A DNA stretch of 64,000 nucleotides from a virus: positions 65,888-129,887 of IMG/VR virus record IMGVR_UViG_3300045988_183830; one strand, written 5' to 3'. The notes under the pieces were generated by a model. It saw only the letters and a program-made list of their open reading frames with translations. It searched no databases and was not told the DNA's origin. A program made the translations under genes and the position numbers. Below are positions 30,483-39,649 of this stretch, piece after piece (the stretch's first letter is position 1; the number at the start of each line of letters is the position of its first letter).

Positions 30483-31274
30483 ATGGCTAAGAAACCAAAG
30501 AAGAAACAGACAAACATGAATGTCGTTCGCGGCTTGCTCGCCTTCTTGGTAGCAATCGCAGTGTTCTATGGTGCGAAGCTGATTCCTCAGCTTACGAACA
30601 CTGCCAATCCCGATACCAACCCTCCGTATAGCGATACGCAAGGGAGTACCCAGACAGGGTATTCGACGGAGTTCTCGTTGGACGACATAGAGCCATTCAG
30701 CGGAGAGCCGTACACCGTTGTGAACGGTGATGTACCGTACTTCACCGAGGACGACATCACTACCGAGCCTTTCGAGCTGTTTACTGACTTGGACGACCTC
30801 GGACGCTGCGGACCGGCCTACGCAAATGTGTGCCAAGAGCTGATGCCTACGGAAGAACGCGGGTCTATCGGTTCCGTGAAGCCGTCAGGCTGGCACCTGA
30901 ACAAATACGACTGCGTGGATGGCAAGTACCTCTACAATCGTTGTCATCTGCTGGGCTATCAGCTTACCGGCGAGAACGCCAACGTCAAGAACCTCATCAC
31001 CGGAACCCGCTACCTCAATGTAACTGGTATGCTGCCGTTTGAAAACGAGATTGCTGATTATGTTCACGAGACAAACAACCACGTTCTGTATCGTGTGACT
31101 CCCGTTTTTGAAGGCGACAACCTTGTGGCAAACGGCGTCTTGATGGAAGCTCTCTCCGTTGAGGATGATACCATCGAGTTCTGTGTGTTTTGCTACAACG
31201 TGCAGCCCGGTGTCAAGATTGATTACGGCACCGGCCTCAACTGGGCGGACGCGGAATACTCCGCTGAAAACTGA
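30483..31274 (+). CDS. membrane-anchored secreted DNA/RNA non-specific endonuclease (streptodornase/Endonuclease_NS_2-like)
   Basis: RBS aggac. The N-terminus is a Lys-rich region with a TM anchor. The core SGWHLNKYD...YNRCHLLGYQLTGENANVKNLITGTRYLN...MLPFENEIADYV resembles Gram-positive secreted nucleases. The family assignment comes from recall and is not certain. Confidence 0.5.
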   Translation: MAKKPKKKQTNMNVVRGLLAFLVAIAVFYGAKLIPQLTNTANPDTNPPYSDTQGSTQTGYSTEFSLDDIEPFSGEPYTVVNGDVPYFTEDDITTEPFELFTDLDDLGRCGPAYANVCQELMPTEERGSIGSVKPSGWHLNKYDCVDGKYLYNRCHLLGYQLTGENANVKNLITGTRYLNVTGMLPFENEIADYVHETNNHVLYRVTPVFEGDNLVANGVLMEALSVEDDTIEFCVFCYNVQPGVKIDYGTGLNWADAEYSAEN

Positions 31275-31300
31275 CTATAAAGAACAAAGGAGAAAGAACT

Positions 31301-32737
31301 ATGTTTGACCTGCTCTTTGGGAACAAGGCTGTTCTCGTTCCCGCAATTATCGTGATTGCGGTCCTCATCATCTGTATTCTGGGGTACATCAAGGCACCGC
31401 CCGATATGGCGTATATTATCTCTGGTCTCCGCAAGAAGCCCAAAATCCTCATTGGTCGTGCTGGTGTCCGTGTTCCGTTTCTGGAGCGCGTCGATAAGCT
31501 GATTGTCCGTCAGATTTCCGTGGATATCAAATCCGATGGCTACATTCCCACACTGGACTTCATCGGCGTTGATGTGGATGCCGTTGCCAAGGTCCGTGTT
31601 CGGACGGATGATGAAGGCATTAAGCTGGCTATGCGGAATTTCCTGAACATCACTGATGCCCGTGGCTTTGAGCAGGCGATTTCGGACTCTCTTCAGGGAA
31701 ACATGAGAGAGATTATCGGTACTATAACGCTCAAGGAAATCTGCAATGACCGCAAGAAATTCGGTGATGAAATCCAGTCAAAGGCGCAGGTTGACATGAA
31801 TGCGTTGGGTATCGAGATTATCTCCTGTAACATCCAGCGTGTAACCGACGAGAAGGGTCTTATCAATGCTCTGGGTCAGGACAATATGAGTCAAATCCAG
31901 AAAAATGCTTCTATCGCCAAAGCCGAAGCGGAGCGCGATATTCAGATTGCTCAGGCGGAAGCGGCTCGTCAGGCGAACGAGGCGCAGGTTGCATCCGATA
32001 CACAGATTTCTATTCGGAAGACCGAGCTGGCTATGAAGCAGGCCGAGCTGAAGGAGACCTCCGACATCAAGAAGGCTGCTGCCGATGCTGCCTATAAGAT
32101 TGAGGAGCAGAAGCAGCGCCGGAGCCTCGATATTGCTTCTACCGATGCCGACATTGCGAAGCGCGAGAAGGAAGCAGAGCTGGCCGAGCGCGAAATCACG
32201 CTGCAGGAGCGTCGGCTGGATGCTGATATTCGCAAGAAGGCAGATGCCGATAAGTACGCTGCCGAAAAGAAGGCCGAAGCAGAGCTGTACGCTCGCAAGC
32301 AGGAAGCCGAGGCCAAGCGCTTCGAGCAGGAGCAGATTGCCGAAGGTATCAAGGCCGTTGGTGCCGCAGAAGCCGAGGCTATCAAGGCCAAGGCTCTGGC
32401 CGAAGCGGAGGGTATCGACCGTAAGGCTGAGGCCATGAAGAAGTATGGTGAGGCCGCAGTGGTCGAGATGATTATGAACGCGCTTCCCGAAATCGCCAAG
32501 AACGTGGCTGCACCTCTCACTAATGTGGATTCTATTACCATGTACGGCGAGGGCAACAGCACCAAGCTGATTGAGGACATCGTTTCTTCTACCACTCAGG
32601 TCTCCAACGGTATGCTGAATGGTCTGGGTATCGACCTGCGGAGCCTGCTGGCCGGCTTTGTCGGTGGTAAGGTCGCAGTTCCCGCATCTGCTTCCAGTGT
32701 TGAGCCTACTGCCGTTACTGAGGGCGACACCGAGTAA
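31301..32737 (+). CDS. flotillin-like SPFH/band-7 protein (FloT/YuaG-like)
   Basis: RBS aaaggagaaag. An N-terminal TM helix is followed by an SPFH domain and a long Ala/Glu/Lys-rich coiled coil (AKAEAERDIQIAQAEAARQ...). Confidence 0.8.
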   Translation: MFDLLFGNKAVLVPAIIVIAVLIICILGYIKAPPDMAYIISGLRKKPKILIGRAGVRVPFLERVDKLIVRQISVDIKSDGYIPTLDFIGVDVDAVAKVRVRTDDEGIKLAMRNFLNITDARGFEQAISDSLQGNMREIIGTITLKEICNDRKKFGDEIQSKAQVDMNALGIEIISCNIQRVTDEKGLINALGQDNMSQIQKNASIAKAEAERDIQIAQAEAARQANEAQVASDTQISIRKTELAMKQAELKETSDIKKAAADAAYKIEEQKQRRSLDIASTDADIAKREKEAELAEREITLQERRLDADIRKKADADKYAAEKKAEAELYARKQEAEAKRFEQEQIAEGIKAVGAAEAEAIKAKALAEAEGIDRKAEAMKKYGEAAVVEMIMNALPEIAKNVAAPLTNVDSITMYGEGNSTKLIEDIVSSTTQVSNGMLNGLGIDLRSLLAGFVGGKVAVPASASSVEPTAVTEGDTE

Positions 32738-32779
32738 GTATAATATCCCGCCGTAGGCACTCCCTGCGGCGGGTCATAC

Positions 32780-32868
32780 GGAGAGATGGCTGAGTGGTCG
32801 AAAGCACCGGCCTTGAAATCCGGCGATGTCAAAAGCATCCGTGGGTTCGAATCCCACTCTCTCCGCCA
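32780..32868 (+). tRNA. tRNA-Ser (anticodon TGA), type II with long variable arm, CCA encoded
   Basis: GGAGAGATGGCTGAGTGGTCGAAAGCACCGGCCTTGAAATCCGGCGATGTCAAAAGCATCCGTGGGTTCGAATCCCACTCTCTCCGCCA. The 7-bp acceptor stem pairs GGAGAGA with TCTCTCC. The anticodon loop is CTTGAAA and the discriminator base is G. Confidence 0.8.
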
Positions 32869-33049
32869 AAGAAAATAAGTACGGACGGTATAACCGGAAT
32901 TTACGTCTGTGGAGACAAAATCTGTCGCTGAAGCAGGAACTTGCCATGGCTGAACACCGCGTGAGAGGCGGTACAGCACCGAGGCAGGAGTGCCGTGGGG
33001 GAACATGAGCAAGCGTACAAAAATCGGTGGAATGGCAGGTGACTTATGA

Positions 33050-33448
33050 ATGGCAGACTATTTCAAAGTTGTATATTCGCGGGAGCTTTCCTCAGAATAT
33101 GAGCCGCGTTACATTGTCATACAGCCTAAGACCGGTGCGGTACTGGACGATGCCCAAGGTTTCGGCTACACAAGCCGCGAGAAGGCGGCAAAGGCGTACA
33201 CCTATAAGAAGATGCCGCATCCCGAACAGCGGTCTCTGGCGGCCCGCAAACGCCGCGTAGAGAAGTGGTGTCTGGAGCACCTTGATGTGGTAGATGGTTA
33301 TGCTGACATCTGCTTGCAACATATGAAGGCATCTGGTGATGGACGTATCAGTATGAGCTCTGCTGTTGTTTCCCGTTATTTGAAGGACTGCGGATACGAT
33401 AACCTGCCGTTCTCGGCGCAGGACTTTATCCGCTACTGCAAAACTTAA
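33050..33448 (+). CDS. hypothetical protein
   Basis: RBS ggcaggtga precedes the ATG. This is the first gene after the tRNA. Confidence 0.55.
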   Translation: MADYFKVVYSRELSSEYEPRYIVIQPKTGAVLDDAQGFGYTSREKAAKAYTYKKMPHPEQRSLAARKRRVEKWCLEHLDVVDGYADICLQHMKASGDGRISMSSAVVSRYLKDCGYDNLPFSAQDFIRYCKT

Positions 33449-33472
33449 AATCAAAAAAGAGGTGAAAGGACA

Positions 33473-35650
33473 ATGAAGAACACCATTTTGGGGAAGGTGC
33501 GCTTCAATGACATCGAGGCGTACAAGGATGAGTGGGCAGCGAGAAGCCGTGAATGGCGCTTTGAAAAGGCCCGACAGGAAGAAATTCGCATTATCAGAGA
33601 GAATGACAGAGACGATGCAACGCTCTTTTTGGGGCTTACGGACCTGTCCAGTCTCTCACAAGATAGTGACACCAATGCGAGATGGTGGCGGAAACACATT
33701 GAGGACTATCTCAAGAACCTTTCTGAGTTCATCGACTACTGTAAGACCTATGAGCAGCCCGCCAACGTATATAGCATTTATGAGGGCATCGGTATGGTCG
33801 TCGGTCTCGGCAGCCGCAGATTCTTTCTCTACCAGCCGGACTCTCTGGTGGCGGAGTATGTGCCGGTCAAGGACTATTCCGCAATGTCCGTGGGCGAGAT
33901 GCGAGCCCTCGCAACGCACGGCGCTTCATCGACGCTGCCGGCATCCGTGCCTGAGTCTCTTTCGGTCTCTCAGGTGCGTGAAGGCCTGTCTGACCGTGAA
34001 GCGGAGCTGAACTCGCTCAAGGCCGATATTGAGGCAACGAGAAATGGCACCAGCGAAGAACTTCGCGCCCTCAAGGAAGAGGTCGAGCGTGCTATGGCCG
34101 CGCTGGAAGAGAAGAAGTCTAAGCTGATGGACGAACTATCTGCCAAGCGTGAGGCGCTGGAAGAGCAGGTTGAGATGATGAATAATCAGATTTACCTGCT
34201 GGAGTCCCAGATTTATGCTATCCGCTGCTACATGGGTGAGACAATCAATTTTACCCGTATCCGCACTGGCCGGAATGCACCGGAGAAAGAACCGGTCGTC
34301 CTGTTCCAGAAGCTCCGTTTCCTTGATGAAGAGATGGGGCGCCTTGCTTCCATTTACAACATGAAAGAAAGCAAGCTGAAGTATTTCGAGGAGTTCCTCG
34401 CAGCGTCTCCTGTTGCGCTGGATACCTTTGCTCCCAGCGAGAAGTGTGTTGCGCTGGTTCGCCTCAGCAAGACTGGCAAGCACTTCTTTGGTCATGAGAC
34501 GTGGAGCAATATGCTGGACAGCTACAATATCTATCACGGTAACACCATCGGTATTGTCATTCGTAATGGCGAGAACGTCTATATAGGCTGGACTGACCCT
34601 GAGGAAGTTCATGTAACGGACGATTTCATCATGGACGTGAACCCCAAGGATTTCCGTGTGAATACGGAATATATCGGTCAGGAGGATGAGCACCAGCGCA
34701 AACAGCGTGTGAAGGAAGAGCGTACACAGGCCCGCAGCATGGTCGTGGAGATGGTATCCCGCATCTTTCTGTTCAATATTCTGCAGGGTGTGGTGGATAG
34801 CTCCAACATCCTTTCTCTGCCGGCTGGCGTCAAAATCTCCAAATCCTCCGAGTATGTCGTGTTTTCCATGGCTGACCGCTGGTTGACCGACAACCGATAC
34901 GGCAGCTTTGTAGACATCGTGGAGCGATGCAACAAGCCTGATGCAAAGAAGGGTGATAGTATTTTGACCGTCCTTTCTTTGACTCCGGAGAGAGAATACA
35001 GGTATAGGCCTTACTGGAATGACCGTGGCAGGGGAGACCGCAACCGCACCCACGACTGTTCCGTTTCTGACTGCGCCATCTATCCCATCAATCTGGTGGA
35101 GTATGACGCACCGGAGCAGCGCACCTACTATCTCTTTAATGGCATTCGCTATGCCACATATGGCGATGGCAGCAATCTCGGCGACGACGCTGAAATCATT
35201 GAAACTGTCATGGAGACTAAGCCGCATTTCTTCGTATCTGTGGAGAAGGGCGAGTCCATAAACCGCCGTTGGTATGATGACGAGGGCAAGAAACGCGCCC
35301 GTTCTAATTTTGAGGTATTCCGCGACGAATATATCAACCTCGCTTTTATGAACTCTGAGTGGCTGACTTACGCCATCAATACCAAGAACCTCGGTGGATG
35401 GATTATCGGCGGCAAGTGCGTGGATTACGCATATGGTATTAAGTACCTGAACGTGGCCCTGCAGCACATCCGCCAGCGCGAGACATCCGAGAAAGAGTAC
35501 ATTGACCATGCTTGCCCCGGCTTTACGGAGAAGCACCCTTCTTGGATGGTAGACCTGTCAGAATGGAAGCTCGTCGAAGATGTCCATAGCCTCCATTCCC
35601 GCAATGTATCGAAATTTGTGAGATGGTATGCTCAGAAGGAGGCGTCCTAA
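33473..35650 (+). CDS. hypothetical protein (725 aa) with central coiled-coil
   Basis: RBS aagaggtgaaaggac. The coiled-coil segment is ELRALKEEVERAMAALEEKKSKLMDELSAKREALEEQVEMMNNQ. Confidence 0.6.
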   Translation: MKNTILGKVRFNDIEAYKDEWAARSREWRFEKARQEEIRIIRENDRDDATLFLGLTDLSSLSQDSDTNARWWRKHIEDYLKNLSEFIDYCKTYEQPANVYSIYEGIGMVVGLGSRRFFLYQPDSLVAEYVPVKDYSAMSVGEMRALATHGASSTLPASVPESLSVSQVREGLSDREAELNSLKADIEATRNGTSEELRALKEEVERAMAALEEKKSKLMDELSAKREALEEQVEMMNNQIYLLESQIYAIRCYMGETINFTRIRTGRNAPEKEPVVLFQKLRFLDEEMGRLASIYNMKESKLKYFEEFLAASPVALDTFAPSEKCVALVRLSKTGKHFFGHETWSNMLDSYNIYHGNTIGIVIRNGENVYIGWTDPEEVHVTDDFIMDVNPKDFRVNTEYIGQEDEHQRKQRVKEERTQARSMVVEMVSRIFLFNILQGVVDSSNILSLPAGVKISKSSEYVVFSMADRWLTDNRYGSFVDIVERCNKPDAKKGDSILTVLSLTPEREYRYRPYWNDRGRGDRNRTHDCSVSDCAIYPINLVEYDAPEQRTYYLFNGIRYATYGDGSNLGDDAEIIETVMETKPHFFVSVEKGESINRRWYDDEGKKRARSNFEVFRDEYINLAFMNSEWLTYAINTKNLGGWIIGGKCVDYAYGIKYLNVALQHIRQRETSEKEYIDHACPGFTEKHPSWMVDLSEWKLVEDVHSLHSRNVSKFVRWYAQKEAS

Positions 35651-35869
35651 ATGGAAGCTACACCTGCCATAACCTCACGGTTGCCTTATAGACATTGTGC
35701 CAAGTGCGTCAACCGTATCGTACTTCACGCATTCTCCGAAAGCCATTGTCTCGAATGCGGCAAAGTCATCATCTGCTTTAATACCCCTGCAGACTTGCTC
35801 TGCCCTGAGTGTGCCATCAAATTGAACCGCTGCATCCATTGCGGCGTTGAATTGGATAAGGAGGATTAA
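35651..35869 (+). CDS. small Cys-rich zinc-ribbon protein
   Basis: RBS aggagg. The Cys pairs are CAKC...CLEC...CPEC...CIHC. Confidence 0.5.
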   Translation: MEATPAITSRLPYRHCAKCVNRIVLHAFSESHCLECGKVIICFNTPADLLCPECAIKLNRCIHCGVELDKED

Positions 35870-35872
35870 ATT

Positions 35873-36145
35873 ATGAGCAATGTCGTCATCATCAAGCACC
35901 CCAAATGCCCGCAGACCTTCCTGTTCTCCGTCCCTGACGGTTGTGCGCTCCATACCGGCGATTTCGTGACGGTGGACACAAAGAAGGGCAAGACCGTTGG
36001 CATCTGTGCCTCGGACAGCTTCTCCGTTCCTGAGAGTGCTTTGAAGCACATCGTTGCTGCTTTTGGCGGTTCTGAGCCTCTGCGTACAGTTGTCGGGATG
36101 TTGGATGAGCGTCCGCTGGTCAGCGCTGTTAAGGAGGCATCTTAA
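35873..36145 (+). CDS. hypothetical protein
   Basis: RBS aaggagg precedes the ATG. Confidence 0.55.
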   Translation: MSNVVIIKHPKCPQTFLFSVPDGCALHTGDFVTVDTKKGKTVGICASDSFSVPESALKHIVAAFGGSEPLRTVVGMLDERPLVSAVKEAS

Positions 36146-36348
36146 TGGCCGCCGGCAAACAGCGTGCAGGTGCAGACCGGCGCTACATCGTCTTTTGCAC
36201 TGCCTGCGGGCAGGTTGCCCCGCTGACCGACAAGGTTGATGTCGATGGGCACGTCATGTATGACTGGCACCGCCCTTGTCCCCGTTGCGGCAAAGAGGAG
36301 TGGGCGACGCGGTTCATCGACACTCTCGGCTCCACAGGAAAGAAATAA
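36145..36348 (+). CDS. small zinc-ribbon protein
   Basis: RBS aaggagg. The start overlaps the preceding stop codon. The Cys pairs are CTACGQ...CPRCG. Confidence 0.5.
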   Translation: MAAGKQRAGADRRYIVFCTACGQVAPLTDKVDVDGHVMYDWHRPCPRCGKEEWATRFIDTLGSTGKK

Positions 36349-36351
36349 TCA

Positions 36352-36385
36352 AAAGCGGCTCTGCATCTGGCGGAGCCGCTTTTCC
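36352..36385. terminator. terminator after the plus-strand block
   Basis: aaaagcggctctgcatctggcggagccgcttttcc. Confidence 0.65.
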
Positions 36386-36600
36386 ACTTTGTTCACAAAG
36401 TTTTCCACAACATATTGTGTATCTGTTGGTTCTCAACACAATATGCTATATATTTCCATTTCCCGCAAACGTCTGCAGTTTGCAAACGCCAAGAGCAAAA
36501 TGCAAACTATAGTTTGCAAATCTCTTAGTTCAATCCAGTTGCGACTTTGCATCCTTTAGTAGTAAGTTGGTCGCAAGTTAGTTGCAACTTGAAAGTAACA
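36386..36600. other. non-coding palindrome/iteron-rich region between convergent operon ends
   Basis: The region contains a GTTTGCAAAC perfect palindrome, TGCAAACTATAGTTTGCA, gtcgcaagttagttgcaact, and at least 7 TTGCAA-like half-sites in about 110 bp. There is also the inverted repeat cacaacatattgtgt / acacaatatgctat and a DnaA-box-like TTTTCCACA. Confidence 0.4.
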
Positions 36601-36603
36601 TAA

Positions 36604-36640
36604 CAAAAAAAGCACCTCTCTTTCGAGAGGTGCTTTCAGT
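36604..36640 (-). terminator. terminator of the minus-strand operon A
   Basis: aaaaaaagcacctctctttcgagaggtgctttcag. Confidence 0.65.
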
Positions 36641-38005
36641 TTAGAATTTCAGTTGGTCATCAGTTATTTTTGCGATTTGCGGCAGCTTGCGAGCTTCTTC
36701 GGTACGAAGCTGGAACATATCCAACTCATAATTACCGAGCCGCACGCGGTCAAGACCATCGGCATCCTTGAAGATGTCAAAGAGGCTTTTGACGCGCAGC
36801 GCATCTTGCTTATCCAACCAATGTTTCTCGATGAAGTCGTATCCTTCCTTATCGGGGCGGCAGTGATACTCCATCAGAAACAGTGTGATGGGGTCCGTAT
36901 CAGGATATGCTTCCTGCAGCATCTTCGCACTCTCGGCGCCGTGGGTGTTGTCCTCTGAATCACTGCATCTACCTGTGTCATGGTACAGTGCGGCATCAAT
37001 CAAAATCTCCTTGTCTTCCAAGTCCAGACCCTTCATATATGCCAACAGCATACACATGAACAGGACACGGCCAGCATGAGCCTTTCCGTGTAGTTTGCTT
37101 GCCATTTGGAAAGGAACGGCATCATAGTCGGCAGTCCTCTGATAGAGCCAGAAGTCATCTATCGCGCCGTCATCCACGGCCTCATTGAGCCAGTCGATAC
37201 CATAGAAGGGGAAGTCTTCAACCTCCTTGATGTCATCGGGAGATACAATAACTTCAGCCTCCACACCTTCGAAATACTCAATGACAGAGGCTTTTTCGAC
37301 TGTAGCCCGAAATACCTTCGCATTGTCAGACGGGAAGCGTGTGGCGAAGAACACGGCCACGGCAGGGTCCAGCGTCCAAGAGAATGCCTCCTCCAGACTT
37401 GCGCTTTCATCGCCGGCGCCACGGTAGACCGTCAGGGTGTCGGGATACTTCTTGAGTCCCTCCTCCGTTGCCTGAATCTGTTCCGGTGTTTTCATGCTCT
37501 TGAGCTTCAGTATGCCGTCCCGTCCAAGTGCGGAGCATCCGTAATCGGAAAAAGGGTAGACATCATAGAACAGTTTGTAAGCGCCATCAAAACCCTCATC
37601 AACGAGCTTCTTCAGATACTCTATCCGCATCCGGTCGTTGAGTGCCGTGATGATGAAGCTACAGTTGCCTGAAGCAATTTTCTCCTTCAGTTGCTCAACA
37701 GCCCCTCGGATTTCAGGTGTTTTATCCTCGCCGTCGGCTGCCATTGTGAGACTGTGGCAGGGGAATATGACCTTATCCTTATCCCAGTAATAGAACGGGG
37801 TGAAGCCGCAGCCATAGTAGAGGTTTTCAATGATGTCGTCGGTCAGATGAAACTTCTTCCGCAGTTCATCGGCTGTATAGAGCGCCATATAGCCGTTCCG
37901 ACTGGCAATCGCCTTTGCTTTCTCTGATGTGACAGACGCAGCAGGGAGGAGGTTGCTGAACGATTCGACATTGCGGGATTTCATTACCACATCAGCGATG
38001 TTCAA
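36641..38005 (-). CDS. HD-domain phosphohydrolase with an unrecognised N-terminal domain of about 300 aa
   Basis: The HD motifs HGKAHAGRV...AALYHDTGR...DADGLDR are in the C-terminal third. The likely start is the TTG 9 nt after GGAGG. The ORF-track start at 38014 abuts the SD. Confidence 0.6.
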   Translation of the reverse strand: MNIADVVMKSRNVESFSNLLPAASVTSEKAKAIASRNGYMALYTADELRKKFHLTDDIIENLYYGCGFTPFYYWDKDKVIFPCHSLTMAADGEDKTPEIRGAVEQLKEKIASGNCSFIITALNDRMRIEYLKKLVDEGFDGAYKLFYDVYPFSDYGCSALGRDGILKLKSMKTPEQIQATEEGLKKYPDTLTVYRGAGDESASLEEAFSWTLDPAVAVFFATRFPSDNAKVFRATVEKASVIEYFEGVEAEVIVSPDDIKEVEDFPFYGIDWLNEAVDDGAIDDFWLYQRTADYDAVPFQMASKLHGKAHAGRVLFMCMLLAYMKGLDLEDKEILIDAALYHDTGRCSDSEDNTHGAESAKMLQEAYPDTDPITLFLMEYHCRPDKEGYDFIEKHWLDKQDALRVKSLFDIFKDADGLDRVRLGNYELDMFQLRTEEARKLPQIAKITDDQLKF

Positions 38006-38201
38006 ACTTTTCAACCTCCTTCAACAATTTCTCTATCACTTCGGCAGCATCAGCTTCAAGGCTGTTAATGTTGCAGGCACCGTCCACATCTCGGTACTTG
38101 CACCGCTTATCGCCGCAGCCGAAGTTGTCTTCAGCGTCCGTGCCATAGCAACGGAGTCTCTTGACAACTCTCAACGCATCACTTTTCAGCTTGGCTGTCA
38201 T
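37992..38201 (-). CDS. small Cys-containing hypothetical protein (69 aa)
   Basis: RBS aagaaaggagaaagcaca precedes the ATG. Confidence 0.5.
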   Translation of the reverse strand: MTAKLKSDALRVVKRLRCYGTDAEDNFGCGDKRCKYRDVDGACNINSLEADAAEVIEKLLKEVEKFEHR

Positions 38202-38236
38202 TGTGCTTTCTCCTTTCTTGTCTAAATAGACTTTAA

Positions 38237-39283
38237 TCAGGCTCTAACATATCGTGCCTTCTTGGACATTCCGATACGTTTAATGCTCCCTTCCTTCACC
38301 ATGCGTCCAAGCACAGCCTCCACGGTGGACGGGCTTACATCAGGATGAATGGCGCATATCTCCGCTTTGGAAATTGGCATCAGGCTGCCAAGTACCGTAG
38401 CTTCGATTCGCGTCATCTTCGTGATTTTCTTCCCATTGACGACTGCAAACCGCTTATCCAACTCCTTATAGCACTGATACAGTATGGACAAGAAGTTTTG
38501 AATAAATGGCACATAGTCGTTGTTGTTCTCCATCCAGCCCTTCGAGGATTGCTCCAGTGCGTCGTAATAATACGCCTTGTGATGGTTGATTTGTTCCTCG
38601 AAAGAAATGTACTTTCCTACATCGAAGCCGTTTTTGTAGAGCAGCAGAAGTGAGAGCAATCTCGACATTCTGCCGTTACCGTCGCGGAAAGGATGGATAC
38701 ACAGGAAGTCCAAAATAACGCAGGGAATAAGAAGAAGCTGGTTGATATTGGAGTTGGAACAGGCATCCAAATAGGCCAGTTCCAGTTGCTCCATAGTAGC
38801 CGGTGTCTCTGCCGCAGGTGTGGGACGAAACCTCACACGCCGCGTGCCATCCGCCGCGACTTCCAGAATCACATTGTCATCCGTTTTGTACTGCCCACCG
38901 TTCTCGTCGCCTGCGACTGCCATCATGGTTTCATGGAGCCGCAGAATGTCAGGAACGCCGAAAGACAGGTACTCATATCCTGAATGCACAGCGTTGAGTG
39001 CATCTCTGTATCCGGCAATTTCCGCCTCATCATGGTTCAGAGGCGCACTGCTGTGGTTTACGATTTCCGCAATGCGCTTGTCGCTGGTCACAATGCCCTC
39101 AATGGCGTTGGAGCTCTTTACTGACTGAACTCGCGCAATGGATTCCAGTTCAGTGAAGACTTTTCCAAACTCCTGCTTACGGAAGCCGGCTTCAGTACGA
39201 AGAGAGTAGATTTTGCTCGTGATGTTCACAAGGCTTGCAGGAAGCAGCCCGTTATCGAGGAAAGAATAATCAAACTTTCTCAT
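38237..39283 (-). CDS. Fic/DOC family protein
   Basis: The Fic motif is HPFRDGNGRMSRLL. ATG follows the RBS aaaggagctggtgtt. An internal promoter-like TTGATT-17-TATAAT lies at 39308-39336. Confidence 0.75.
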   Translation of the reverse strand: MRKFDYSFLDNGLLPASLVNITSKIYSLRTEAGFRKQEFGKVFTELESIARVQSVKSSNAIEGIVTSDKRIAEIVNHSSAPLNHDEAEIAGYRDALNAVHSGYEYLSFGVPDILRLHETMMAVAGDENGGQYKTDDNVILEVAADGTRRVRFRPTPAAETPATMEQLELAYLDACSNSNINQLLLIPCVILDFLCIHPFRDGNGRMSRLLSLLLLYKNGFDVGKYISFEEQINHHKAYYYDALEQSSKGWMENNNDYVPFIQNFLSILYQCYKELDKRFAVVNGKKITKMTRIEATVLGSLMPISKAEICAIHPDVSPSTVEAVLGRMVKEGSIKRIGMSKKARYVRA

Positions 39284-39358
39284 AACACCAGCTCCTTTCT
39301 GCACATTATTATACATCTTTATATGCAGAAAATCAACTCCTTCCTGCAGCAAATGGGC

Positions 39359-39595
39359 TTAAAGAACAACATCAGCAAGAACTTCCTTGGAAACCGTGTT
39401 GTTCCACATCCGCACACTTTTCCTGATACTGCTGGCATAGATTTTTGTGCCGGCATAGGTCTTCAGGTTTGCGTGGAACGGAAACCCCTTTTTGCAACTC
39501 TGACATACAGCCTTACAATCGGGCTTGCCACAGTGGGAATACAGCTTGATTTTGCCACCACACACGGGGCAGGGAGCAATGTAACCTAAATCCAT
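39359..39595 (-). CDS. Lar-family-like zinc-ribbon protein (possible restriction-alleviation protein)
   Basis: RBS gaaaggagataatact. The zinc ribbon is CPVCGG...CGKPDC...CQSC and the protein is about 79 aa. The resemblance to the Lar family (CPFCGG...WN) comes from recall and is low-confidence. Confidence 0.4.
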   Translation of the reverse strand: MDLGYIAPCPVCGGKIKLYSHCGKPDCKAVCQSCKKGFPFHANLKTYAGTKIYASSIRKSVRMWNNTVSKEVLADVVL

Positions 39596-39649
39596 AGTAT
39601 TATCTCCTTTCAAGAAGAGCCACCCCGAAGGGTGGCTCTTTAGTTGTAG

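Noticed and set aside
32780-32868. C31/T39 mismatch at the base of the tRNA anticodon stem, which might indicate a pseudo-tRNA
   Set aside because: All other arms, the type II variable arm, the discriminator G and the encoded CCA are canonical. A single non-Watson-Crick pair is tolerated in functional tRNAs.
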